A stretch of DNA of 63,534 nucleotides, the filler included. It is 5 parts of 5 records of this genome, joined end to end, with 100 filler letters (N's around TTAATTAATTAA, not from the genome) between each part and the next. Parts side by side here need not be neighbours in the genome. Positions count along the whole stretch, not along the records: positions 1 to 23,191 come from SRR22947725_358; 4 more parts are not named here. One strand, 5' to 3'. Numbering within the stretch: the stretch's first letter is position 1; every line of letters begins with the position of its first letter. The notes under the pieces were generated by a model. The model saw only the letters and a list, made by a program, of their open reading frames with translations. It was not told the DNA's origin and did no database searches. Both the position numbers and the translations under genes were made by a program. Positions 1 through 8,305 of the stretch are shown piece after piece.

Positions 1-1667
1 TAAAACAGCCCGTCAATCTCGCCATTTTCATTTATAAAAATAGTCTCGGCGGCCGGATGTCTTGGCAGGCCAGGCATTGTCATGATTTCACCACAAACGG
101 CGACAATAAAGCCAGCGCCTGCGCTAATTCGCACTTCGCGAACTGGAATTACATGTCCAGTTGGCGCGCCACGTAAGTTGGGATCAGTAGAAAAGCTATA
201 CTGCGTCTTTGCCATACAAACTGGAAGATGGCCGTATCCCTGGGCTTCCCATTCTTTCAGCTGAGCTATGATTTTTTGATCTATCAAGGCTTCATCAGCT
301 CGATAAATGTTTTTACAAATAGTCTGGATTTTATCTTCCAATGACATATCGTCAGGATAGATAGTGGCGAAATTTGCGGTATCAGAGTCAGCAATCTCAG
401 CAACGCGTTTAGCTAAGCTTTCTGAACCAGCTGAACCATCTGCCCAATGCTTGGATACTATAGCTTCAGTGCCCATCTCAGCACAATAATCCTGCACTGC
501 CTGAACCTCAGCGTCAGTATCTTTAACAAAATGATTAACAGCGACGACAACAGGCACTCCAAATGATTTCAAATTTTCAATGTGCCTGCCAAGGTTTGGA
601 CACCCTGACTTAACAGCATCCACATTTTCGTTGTTGAGGTCATTCTTGGCGACCCCACCATTCATTTTCATAGCCCTGACTGTGGCAACTAGAACAATAG
701 CTGATGGAGCCAAACCTGCCTTGCGGCATTTAATGTTGAGAAACTTTTCAGCCCCAAGGTCAGCTCCAAAGCCAGCTTCCGTTACGACATAATCAGCAAG
801 CTTCAGCGCCGTTTTTGTTGCAATCACTGAGTTACAACCATGCGCAATGTTAGCAAAAGGCCCCCCGTGCACAAACGCGGGGTTGTTTTCAAGGGTTTGC
901 AAGAGATTGGGCTGTATTGCGTCTTTTAACAACACCGTCATCGCCCCATCAGCTTTTATGTCACGGCAAAATACAGGGGACCGATCACGACGATAAGCAA
1001 CGATCATATCGCCAAGTCGCTTTTGCAAATCCGTTAAATCATTAGCCAAACACAAAATAGCCATAACTTCAGACGCTACGGTGATATCAAACCCAGCTTC
1101 ACGTGGAAACCCGTTGGCAACACCCCCTAGTGACGCAGTTATTTGTCTCAAGGCGCGATCATTCATGTCGACCACCCGCCGCCAAACAACTCGGCGCGTA
1201 TCGATTTCCAGTTCGTTGCCCCAATAGATATGATTATCAATCATGGCTGACAGTAATGAATGCGCCGATGTGATCGCATGGAAATCACCTGTGAAATGCA
1301 AATTCATGTCTTCCATCGGAACGATTTGCGCATAGCCGCCGCCAGCTGCACCACCTTTCATACCAAAGTTTGGCCCCAAAGAAGCCTCACGGATACAAAT
1401 CATCGCCTTCTTGCCAATACGGTTTAACCCATCGCCAAGGCCAACTGTTGTCGTTGTCTTGCCCTCACCCGCTGGCGTGGGATTGATGGCTGTGACCAAA
1501 ATCAGCTTGCCATCCTTGCGGTCCTGAACCGAATTAATGAAATTCTGGCTTACCTTCGCTTTATCATGACCAAATGGAACCAGCTCAGCAGACGGTATGC
1601 CCAAAACATCACCAATTTCAAAAATGGGCTTCTTCTCCGCCGCACGTGCGATCTCTATATCACTCAT
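1..1667 (-). CDS. fhs: formate--tetrahydrofolate ligase (last base of stop codon lies off the window edge)
   Basis: Not in the ORF track. Manual translation from ATG 1667 (AGGAG upstream) gives [19 protein letters not shown]..., [37 protein letters not shown], and ends ...EIDGLF. Confidence 0.96.
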   Translation of the reverse strand, partial: MSDIEIARAAEKKPIFEIGDVLGIPSAELVPFGHDKAKVSQNFINSVQDRKDGKLILVTAINPTPAGEGKTTTTVGLGDGLNRIGKKAMICIREASLGPNFGMKGGAAGGGYAQIVPMEDMNLHFTGDFHAITSAHSLLSAMIDNHIYWGNELEIDTRRVVWRRVVDMNDRALRQITASLGGVANGFPREAGFDITVASEVMAILCLANDLTDLQKRLGDMIVAYRRDRSPVFCRDIKADGAMTVLLKDAIQPNLLQTLENNPAFVHGGPFANIAHGCNSVIATKTALKLADYVVTEAGFGADLGAEKFLNIKCRKAGLAPSAIVLVATVRAMKMNGGVAKNDLNNENVDAVKSGCPNLGRHIENLKSFGVPVVVAVNHFVKDTDAEVQAVQDYCAEMGTEAIVSKHWADGSAGSESLAKRVAEIADSDTANFATIYPDDMSLEDKIQTICKNIYRADEALIDQKIIAQLKEWEAQGYGHLPVCMAKTQYSFSTDPNLRGAPTGHVIPVREVRISAGAGFIVAVCGEIMTMPGLPRHPAAETIFINENGEIDGLF

Positions 1668-1844
1668 GAAATTCTCCTAAAAATTATGCCGCAAGTCCCA
1701 CGCCCTCGGCAGGGCTAGGCTACTACAATGCCAATAAAAAAGTGGGCTATGTTGAAGTTATGTGCAGATAAGATTGGTATGCTATCAAACACAAAGCCTC
1801 TTTAAAAAGCAGTATTACTTGATCTTTACCTTTAACTGAAGCTC

Positions 1845-1895
1845 GGACGGAGGCGCTATTTTAACCCTCCTATGAGGTTAATGACGCCGCCATCC
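1845..1895 (-). terminator. long imperfect stem-loop between the panB-like gene and fhs (terminator or mRNA-stabilising hairpin)
   Basis: Minus strand GGATGGCGGCG...TTAACC(TC)/(GAG)GGTTAA...CGCCTCCGTCC forms nested pairing about 20 nt after the panB-like stop. There is no clear U-tract. Confidence 0.4.
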
Positions 1896-1917
1896 AAGTC
1901 ATGCTCGTTACCTCAGA

Positions 1918-2805
1918 TTACCCGAGCTCATCAAGCTTACGCTCCCACTTCATATCTTTCGCAAACTTACGCAGCTCATCTTCAGGCATTTTTATTGTGT
2001 TTTCTGGACCAGGGTAGTTTCTGGTTTTCACATCATCCATATATCGGGTTATAACATCTTCCATAATCGGAATTAGATCTGTGTATATCCGAGAGTGCTT
2101 AGGCACATGCTCTTCCCACAGGTGGAACAAGTCCGAAGAAATGATATGGACACCGTCAGCACAGTTACCGGCACCCAAACTAATTACTGGTACTGGCAGA
2201 ATTTCAGCCAAGTATTCCGCAACCTCTGATGTTGTGACTTCACAAAGTATTGAGAAGCAGCCAGCATCGTACATTGCTTTAGCGTCATCGATTAACTCTT
2301 TGGCACGGTCTGCAGTCTTGCCCTGCGCAATAAAACCGCCAAGTTGAGGCATCCGCATTGGGGTGATACCGATATGGCCCTGAACAGGTATGCCGGCACT
2401 AACAATCGCCTCTATCGCGGGCACGTGATGACGGTTGCCCTCACACTTCATTACCTCAGCGTTAGCTTCGTGGACAAAACGCCCTGCATTTTCAACGGCC
2501 TGCTCTTTCGAAACGTGAAAACTCCAGTACGGCATATCGACCATTCTTAACCCATACTTGGACCCTCGATCAATCGCCTTTGACATCATCATCACTTCAT
2601 CAAAGCTAACAGCAGTTGTGCTCTGGTGACCAAATAAGATCATCCCACCCGTGTCTGAAACACACAATATATCCATGCCCAAGCGATCAGCGACAACTGC
2701 GGTTCTGTAATCATACGCCGCTAATTGGGTTATCGGCTCACCAGCTGCCATTTTCTTCTGCAATGTCTTAAACGTAACTTTCCTTCTTGGCTTGGCGTCA
2801 CTCAT
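1918..2805 (-). CDS. panB: PanB-family (ketopantoate hydroxymethyltransferase-like) protein, divergent
   Basis: Family motifs are present in variant form: AAYD, CVSDTGGM, VDMPYWSF, KCEGN, GHIGITPM, GAG..ADG. ATG 2805 has a GGAGG RBS. Confidence 0.8.
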   Translation of the reverse strand: MSDAKPRRKVTFKTLQKKMAAGEPITQLAAYDYRTAVVADRLGMDILCVSDTGGMILFGHQSTTAVSFDEVMMMSKAIDRGSKYGLRMVDMPYWSFHVSKEQAVENAGRFVHEANAEVMKCEGNRHHVPAIEAIVSAGIPVQGHIGITPMRMPQLGGFIAQGKTADRAKELIDDAKAMYDAGCFSILCEVTTSEVAEYLAEILPVPVISLGAGNCADGVHIISSDLFHLWEEHVPKHSRIYTDLIPIMEDVITRYMDDVKTRNYPGPENTIKMPEDELRKFAKDMKWERKLDELG

Positions 2806-2918
2806 TTTTTCCTCCACTTGATTTAATCAGCTAAATACAAGCTGTTTACTGCGTTCGCAGCTTATTTTTCAAAATATTAACTATTAGGTATCATAACGGC
2901 TTTGAAATAAAATCTCTC

Positions 2919-2930
2919 TTGGCTATTAGC
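2919..2930. promoter_or_regulatory. candidate operator TTGGCTATTAGC upstream of the panB-like gene
   Basis: 12/12 match to the palindrome at 6154-6168 read on the opposite strand, at a similar distance from the start codon. Confidence 0.35.
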
Positions 2931-2975
2931 TCTATTGTGATGTCTATTTTCTAAGGGCCGCGAGAGCTTTTTTGA

Positions 2976-3725
2976 TTAAACAAAAATTACGTTGGTCAGC
3001 ATATAAATGCCAGACCCAAGTAATAAAAAGGCAACTAAATTCTTTATCTTGTCGACTGGTAAATGCTCAGACACTTTTGCACCAAGAAATGCACCCAAAG
3101 CTAAACCAGGTGACAAAAGCGCAACAATCTCCCAACGTATCATTCCTGACAATTCATTCCCAATAGTGGCAAATGCAGCGATAGGAATCTGGATCGCCTG
3201 CGACAAACCAATAACAGGGAGCAATGGCATCGATAAAAAGGTTAATATCGGCACTAAAACTAGCGGTCCACCAGTTCCACTGAGCACAGACAAACACGCA
3301 GTTACAAAGCCAACTAGTAGAAGGCTGACGTTTGATGGAGTAGTTTGATTGCGGGGGCGCGTCAACTTTATATTAGCAATCTGTTTGTATGACGCAAAAA
3401 TCAGAACGGCAGCAATAAAAAGTTTAAGTGATTCAGCATTAATTCTAGGGAGGGTATACGTGCCGACCAACGTCCCTGGGATTGCGCCTACCGTCAAGTA
3501 AACTAGCTGGAGCCAATTGATCTCACGCCTCTTTGCATAGGCAAGACTGCCGATTAAACCGGAAAAAATAAAAGAGGAAACCGCAGCAGCTATGCTAGAA
3601 TGGATGCTAAAGCCGGCGCCATAGACAAGCAACGGTACCAAAACTACGCCACCAATACCGGCAGCCCCTATCAAGGTTCCCGCAAATAAACCAAACAGAA
3701 AAACAAGACTGAACGACACCATCAC
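2976..3725 (-). CDS. TauE/SafE family sulfite exporter
   Basis: Hydrophobic 249-aa protein with the repeated GIGGVVLVP / GTGGPLVLVP motifs typical of TauE/SafE, located in a sulfonate catabolic context. Confidence 0.85.
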   Translation of the reverse strand: MMVSFSLVFLFGLFAGTLIGAAGIGGVVLVPLLVYGAGFSIHSSIAAAVSSFIFSGLIGSLAYAKRREINWLQLVYLTVGAIPGTLVGTYTLPRINAESLKLFIAAVLIFASYKQIANIKLTRPRNQTTPSNVSLLLVGFVTACLSVLSGTGGPLVLVPILTFLSMPLLPVIGLSQAIQIPIAAFATIGNELSGMIRWEIVALLSPGLALGAFLGAKVSEHLPVDKIKNLVAFLLLGSGIYMLTNVIFV

Positions 3726-3895
3726 TCCAATCGGTCAACTATAACGCAACATAATTCACTCGGAAAACTCAAACATAAATGATAACGTGATTGTCAGCAA
3801 AGGTTTTGACGGGCGTAATCCCTATTTTACAGGCAACTGCATTCAAACTATTTTCGTATTGGGTGAAAACAAAGTTTAGCTTAAAAGGCAACAGG

Positions 3896-4840
3896 ATGTT
3901 TCTGAAACAACTTGAATATCTTATCGCCGTTATCGAGGAAGATCACTTTGGACGGGCAGCAGCCCGGTGCAACGTTAAACAGCCCAGCTTATCAAACGGC
4001 ATAAAGCAATTAGAGTTTGAACTGGGTGTTACTCTATTCAAGAGAGGGCGCGGCCAACGCCTTTACGGCACTACGGAAGAAGGGGAACGCGTAGCTTACT
4101 GGGCCCGCCTAATCTTAGCTAATTGCACTGCCATGCGTGACAATATAGCTGAAATGCAGGACAGCTTAAATGGGACCATTCGCCTCGGCGCAATACCCTC
4201 AATGTCTCCTGTATTGCCAATTATTTTACAACGCATAAGAAAAGCATACCCCCTAGTCTCGGTCGATGTAAGATTTGTTGGAAATAATGAGTTAAAAACG
4301 AGTTTAGACAATTATTCGATTGACTGCGCCATAACCTACATAGACCAATCCGATGAAATGCCATGGTGTGAAGCCCTGCCAATTTTTGAGGAAACTTGGA
4401 GCTTATTGGTCCCCGACTCCTTTAAATTTGAGAACATGACTGAAATAACATGGGCAGAGGCTGCAGACCTACCACTGGCATTGCTACGACAATCAATGTA
4501 CGAGCGTTCAGTAATTGATCAAACATTTACCGTCGCTGGGAAAAGTGTTGTTCCAAAGATTGAGTCGGAGTCAATACTGCATTTAATGTTTCAAACCCAA
4601 TTTACAGAACTTTGCACGGTTATCCCGTCACACTACACCAGAATGCCTGGCCTTTATACTGGGACCAAAGCACTATTGTTAAAGGACCCAATTATACGAA
4701 AAGGAATAGGACTGTTTTGGGTAAAAACTGAGACAACCATTCCCGTCACAAAAATAACTGAAGAAGTTGGTCGTTCTCTTGCAAAAAACAATGAGCTACA
4801 GAATTTCCTTTATCATAAAGCAACTGCATTGGAGAGCTAA
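3896..4840 (+). CDS. LysR-family transcriptional regulator
   Basis: N-terminal HTH MFLKQLEYLIAVIEEDHFGRAAARCNVKQPSLSNGIKQLEFELG. ATG 3896 preferred over the TTG at 3791. Confidence 0.93.
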   Translation: MFLKQLEYLIAVIEEDHFGRAAARCNVKQPSLSNGIKQLEFELGVTLFKRGRGQRLYGTTEEGERVAYWARLILANCTAMRDNIAEMQDSLNGTIRLGAIPSMSPVLPIILQRIRKAYPLVSVDVRFVGNNELKTSLDNYSIDCAITYIDQSDEMPWCEALPIFEETWSLLVPDSFKFENMTEITWAEAADLPLALLRQSMYERSVIDQTFTVAGKSVVPKIESESILHLMFQTQFTELCTVIPSHYTRMPGLYTGTKALLLKDPIIRKGIGLFWVKTETTIPVTKITEEVGRSLAKNNELQNFLYHKATALES

Positions 4841-4880
4841 TACCCAGTTAGAGCTACTTTAAGATTTTTGATACAAAATA

Positions 4881-4911
4881 AGGAGCAGATATAAAATACC
4901 TGCTCCTTTTC
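4881..4911. terminator. probable bidirectional intrinsic terminator between lysR and msmA-like gene
   Basis: AGGAGCAG...CTGCTCCT inverted repeat followed by a T-run, between convergent genes. Confidence 0.65.
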
Positions 4912-4933
4912 TGTTCGACATCTTTTAGTTGGA

Positions 4934-6022
4934 TTATTCAGCAGCAATCACGTCCTCTGCGGTTAAGCCAAGAGGGTTGCTGGTAGATACTCCGAGGAAT
5001 TTTCCCCAGGCCTCGTAATAGTGGCGCATACCAACTTCATCATGAATCGTTGAGTTTTCGTGGCGACCATGCAAGATATTGCGGGCTTCGGTACCCTCTC
5101 TCATTGTTGTGCCTTGTCCTGAAACACCTATTAAATCCTCATGCAGATTACGGCCAAATGGGCCCCATATAGAGTTGTGGTGCTTTATACGGGTCTGACG
5201 CTCTTGTGGAGTATCTTTTTTAAGACCATAGCCCCTGAATTCGATGAGCACCTTGTTTGGACCAAGCGGCGTAACAGTGTCGCTTCTGTAAGCGCTCCCA
5301 CGGAGATTGAAATTGAAACCTGGGAACAAGTCTACCATGTACCATTGATTTGGCGGCAAGTTTGGAAAAGACAACTCCCCACGATCTTCAAACCCATCGT
5401 ACTCTTCATAGTTAACTGTGAAGCTGCTTACATTAACGTGGCCATTGTCAAACGGAATGTTTTTCCTAGCAAAATATTCATCATTGAACCCAGATACCCG
5501 GTTAAAATAATGCATGAAATCGTGGTAGAACTCACTGTTTGTATCGTGCCAGAGTTTGTAGTTAGTGTCGATAACTGCTTTGTGATAATGGAAAACTTCC
5601 ATTTCTTCAGTATCGATAGCGTCAGCAATGCAATCAAACGCGCCACAAGTCCATTCTTCAACGCTCTGTGTTGGATTAGGGTCGAGAGTTGTCCATACCA
5701 TGCCACCGTGCTTCACCTCGCTGTGAAGTTCCTTCAGTCCATCAGTATCCAATCCGTTACCGGCAGGGCGATCGATTGAAGGGCACAGAAAAACTTTTAT
5801 AGCGCCCTTACTATTTACCGCGACCACATTTTGGTGCGCTATCTGCGTTGACCGAAAATCACCGTCGTTAGCCATTTCGCTGAAGTGGCACATCGGAACC
5901 CAAACCTTCGCAAAAATATGCTCGATTTCCTGCTCATAAATGCTGTGATTATTGTAGCATTCGCTCGAAATGTGTTCGATATGTGGGGCTTTTAACCAAT
6001 TTTTATGATTTCTTGGCGGCAT
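4934..6022 (-). CDS. msmA: methanesulfonate monooxygenase alpha subunit-like protein: catalytic domain intact, Rieske ligands deleted
   Basis: Mononuclear-Fe region NYKLWHDTNSEFYHDFMH and C-terminal NLHEDL are present. There is no CxH...CxxH motif. ATG 6022 has a GGAG RBS. Confidence 0.85.
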   Translation of the reverse strand: MPPRNHKNWLKAPHIEHISSECYNNHSIYEQEIEHIFAKVWVPMCHFSEMANDGDFRSTQIAHQNVVAVNSKGAIKVFLCPSIDRPAGNGLDTDGLKELHSEVKHGGMVWTTLDPNPTQSVEEWTCGAFDCIADAIDTEEMEVFHYHKAVIDTNYKLWHDTNSEFYHDFMHYFNRVSGFNDEYFARKNIPFDNGHVNVSSFTVNYEEYDGFEDRGELSFPNLPPNQWYMVDLFPGFNFNLRGSAYRSDTVTPLGPNKVLIEFRGYGLKKDTPQERQTRIKHHNSIWGPFGRNLHEDLIGVSGQGTTMREGTEARNILHGRHENSTIHDEVGMRHYYEAWGKFLGVSTSNPLGLTAEDVIAAE

Positions 6023-6153
6023 TTCGCACTCCCATATAAATTTGTACATTGTCAGTTGAAGCAATCACTTATTGCTTGTAGAGCCAACATATACGGATTA
6101 TGATCCCTTTAGACACCATAAATGTCAACGAAGATCTGCAAAAATCATGCTAA

Positions 6154-6168
6154 TTGGCTAATAGCCAA
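6154..6168. promoter_or_regulatory. perfect 15-bp palindrome TTGGCTA-A-TAGCCAA upstream of msmA-like gene, candidate regulator site
   Basis: Seen directly in the sequence. A related site lies at 2919-2930. Confidence 0.45.
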
Positions 6169-6226
6169 AATCTAATATTGGTAAGAACACTCGCCTGAAA
6201 GTATTACCTCTTCAAGATATTGAGTA

Positions 6227-7072
6227 TTATTTCGCGTTATTAACCTCGGTGAACTTGTTAACAAGCTTTTTGACAAGCGCTACATCAGACGTGGGCTCAT
6301 TAACGATTGATTTTAATGGCAGCAAAGTTTGGGGGTCGTAGTCAAGTAGGTGAGTTTTTGAACTTCCATTTGCTTCACTATCTTTAACAAAGAAAAATGG
6401 TGTGGGGCGCAAATGATCACCGAGACTTATTCCAATTGAAGGTAATTTGACTAGCTCGTTGTCTGCGCTAACGTTGAGAGTCAAAGAAAACGATTCCGGT
6501 TCTAACGTTATCCATTGCCGACATTTTGCAAATTCAGGCTGTTGGGCAAGTGTGTGCGACGCACTTTGGAGTATTTCGTTTCCTTTAAACACGCAACAAT
6601 TCAAAGCATCGAGCTCTAATTTATAAGCTGAAGCTTTGTGGTCTTCAGTATCACCCATCAACATATTTGGCGACGAGAAAGGAAGATCAGTGGAAAATTT
6701 TGATTGATCGCGGTCTCTATGAAGCAATTCAACTAAGTACCATGCCTCTGCAAATGCGGGCGTTCTGTCGTCCAACCAAAAGCTGTGAGGAACCTTCTGG
6801 CCCCCTTCACAAAAATACAATTCTAAGTCAGGGAAATTCAGACCAATTTGAAGGTCGCCGTCAAAAGATCTAGTTCGAAAATTATTTGAATCTCTATGCC
6901 AGAATAAACTCAAGTGCCCATTATTTGGAGTCGCGTCTAGAAAACTATTGGCTCCTCGAGCCATCCAAAACAAAGCGTTGTGCGCTTCGATTCTTGCTTG
7001 CCCAAACTGTTTCGTGTCGAAAATGCTTACAGATGGCCATTGACTTGAATTGTTCAACAAATTCTCTCTCAA
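6227..7072 (-). CDS. hypothetical protein in the msm cluster
   Basis: 281-aa ORF co-oriented with the msm genes. No motif recognised and the start is uncertain. Confidence 0.65.
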   Translation of the reverse strand: MRENLLNNSSQWPSVSIFDTKQFGQARIEAHNALFWMARGANSFLDATPNNGHLSLFWHRDSNNFRTRSFDGDLQIGLNFPDLELYFCEGGQKVPHSFWLDDRTPAFAEAWYLVELLHRDRDQSKFSTDLPFSSPNMLMGDTEDHKASAYKLELDALNCCVFKGNEILQSASHTLAQQPEFAKCRQWITLEPESFSLTLNVSADNELVKLPSIGISLGDHLRPTPFFFVKDSEANGSSKTHLLDYDPQTLLPLKSIVNEPTSDVALVKKLVNKFTEVNNAK

Positions 7073-7225
7073 TCAGTACCATCTGATTTTAACTTGATTT
7101 TTCAGCAAGTTATCAAATGTTGGTATCGTTTTAGTCAAGCAAATCGATCTATCGTTTTGGTAACCTCGCAGCACGGTTCCAATCGATGTGAAATTTGGTC
7201 AGAATATTTTTATGAACGAGTTTGC

Positions 7226-7627
7226 TTACCACTCATCATCGTCGTCATCATCATCAAAAAAAGTATTTTCATCGATATCTTCATCTTCGTCGAAATTATA
7301 TTCAAGTTGCTCAGTAACATAAACCATTACGTTACTGCCTTCGACTTTGACATCGTATGTTTTAAGAGGCAACTCCGCCTCGTCCTGCAACTCCAAAGTT
7401 TCAAGGTCCCATGACCACAAATGCTTTGTACAAGTAAGCTTACAACCCATTACAAGGCCAGACTCTTCCAACGGTTCCTCAAGGTGAGGGCAAACTGGGG
7501 GTATGGCAACAAAGCCTTTCTTGTGATGAGCAACAGCAATAGGGATCCCTCCGCCAATACGAGCCCAAACTTTTTTAATTGAGCCTTCTGGTATCTCACT
7601 CTTGTCACAGACTTTTGTCCAAGTCAT
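7226..7627 (-). CDS. msmC: Rieske [2Fe-2S] ferredoxin (MSA monooxygenase ferredoxin-like) with acidic tail
   Basis: CPH-x17-CTKH motif and typical MTWTKVC start (ATG 7627). Follows the msmB-like gene. Confidence 0.88.
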   Translation of the reverse strand: MTWTKVCDKSEIPEGSIKKVWARIGGGIPIAVAHHKKGFVAIPPVCPHLEEPLEESGLVMGCKLTCTKHLWSWDLETLELQDEAELPLKTYDVKVEGSNVMVYVTEQLEYNFDEDEDIDENTFFDDDDDDDEW

Positions 7628-7697
7628 GTATTTTGCTCTCTTTATAAACTCAATTTCACTAAAGGCGTGGAATGCGTACAGCCGCCAAGACTCCAAT

Positions 7698-8198
7698 CTA
7701 GAGAGGCCAATGCGAGCCTTTATCGAGGCGCCTGTTATCTATTTTTGTTTCTCGATTAACAAATTTTGGCAAACTATCATTGATCAAAAATTTGTCATGA
7801 TACTTTCCAATCACAAAAAGTCTGCTTTCTCCAGAATCAAGGTGAGAATTAATCCCATCAAGCATATTTTGATAAATTACCACTGAACTTACAGCCTCTG
7901 CGGTTTTGCCATCCTCCGAAATATCTATGGTGTAAACAGATGTGTGCCTGTGAAGTGGTGAGTGATCAGTGTTATGTTTAGGCAGCATGTCCATGAGGCC
8001 AGTTAGCTCTTTTTTATCACCGCTGAAATAGGTCATATCCTTACCAATTTCGGGGCTATAAGACGTTATCGAGTAGAAAAAAGAGTCATCACAGAGATTG
8101 AACCAGTCAGCCCAGTTATTTTCATCCAGTGCCAGCGCGGCCTGATAAATTATTTTCTCAATCTTTCTCTCAATATTAACTAGTGAGTTGTTTTCCAT
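7698..8198 (-). CDS. msmB: ring-hydroxylating oxygenase beta subunit (MSA monooxygenase small subunit-like)
   Basis: About 165 aa, NTF2/SnoaL-like: ALALDENNWADW, YSITSYSPEI, LPKHNTDHSPLHRH, IDNRRLDKGSHWPL. Lies between the alpha-like gene and the ferredoxin. Confidence 0.85.
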   Translation of the reverse strand: MENNSLVNIERKIEKIIYQAALALDENNWADWFNLCDDSFFYSITSYSPEIGKDMTYFSGDKKELTGLMDMLPKHNTDHSPLHRHTSVYTIDISEDGKTAEAVSSVVIYQNMLDGINSHLDSGESRLFVIGKYHDKFLINDSLPKFVNRETKIDNRRLDKGSHWPL

Positions 8199-8305
8199 CT
8201 TTTTACTTTCCAAGTCCGCGTTTGATAATTTAAGTTAAAAATCTGCGTTAACGGTAGTGTTATTTCTTTGCCCTTAAAGGCCCAAGAAAACTGCGTAAAT
8301 TCTCT

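Noticed and set aside
1670-1800. Possible ZTP or THF riboswitch upstream of fhs (hairpin GCCCT-CGGC-AGGGC)
   Set aside because: The conserved cores of the ZTP and THF riboswitches are not recognisable; only a short hairpin is present.
4934-6022. Rieske-less msmA as a pseudogene
   Set aside because: The deletion is in frame, the catalytic ligands are intact, and an RBS and terminator are present. The neighbouring paralog shows the reciprocal loss. This is not formally excluded.
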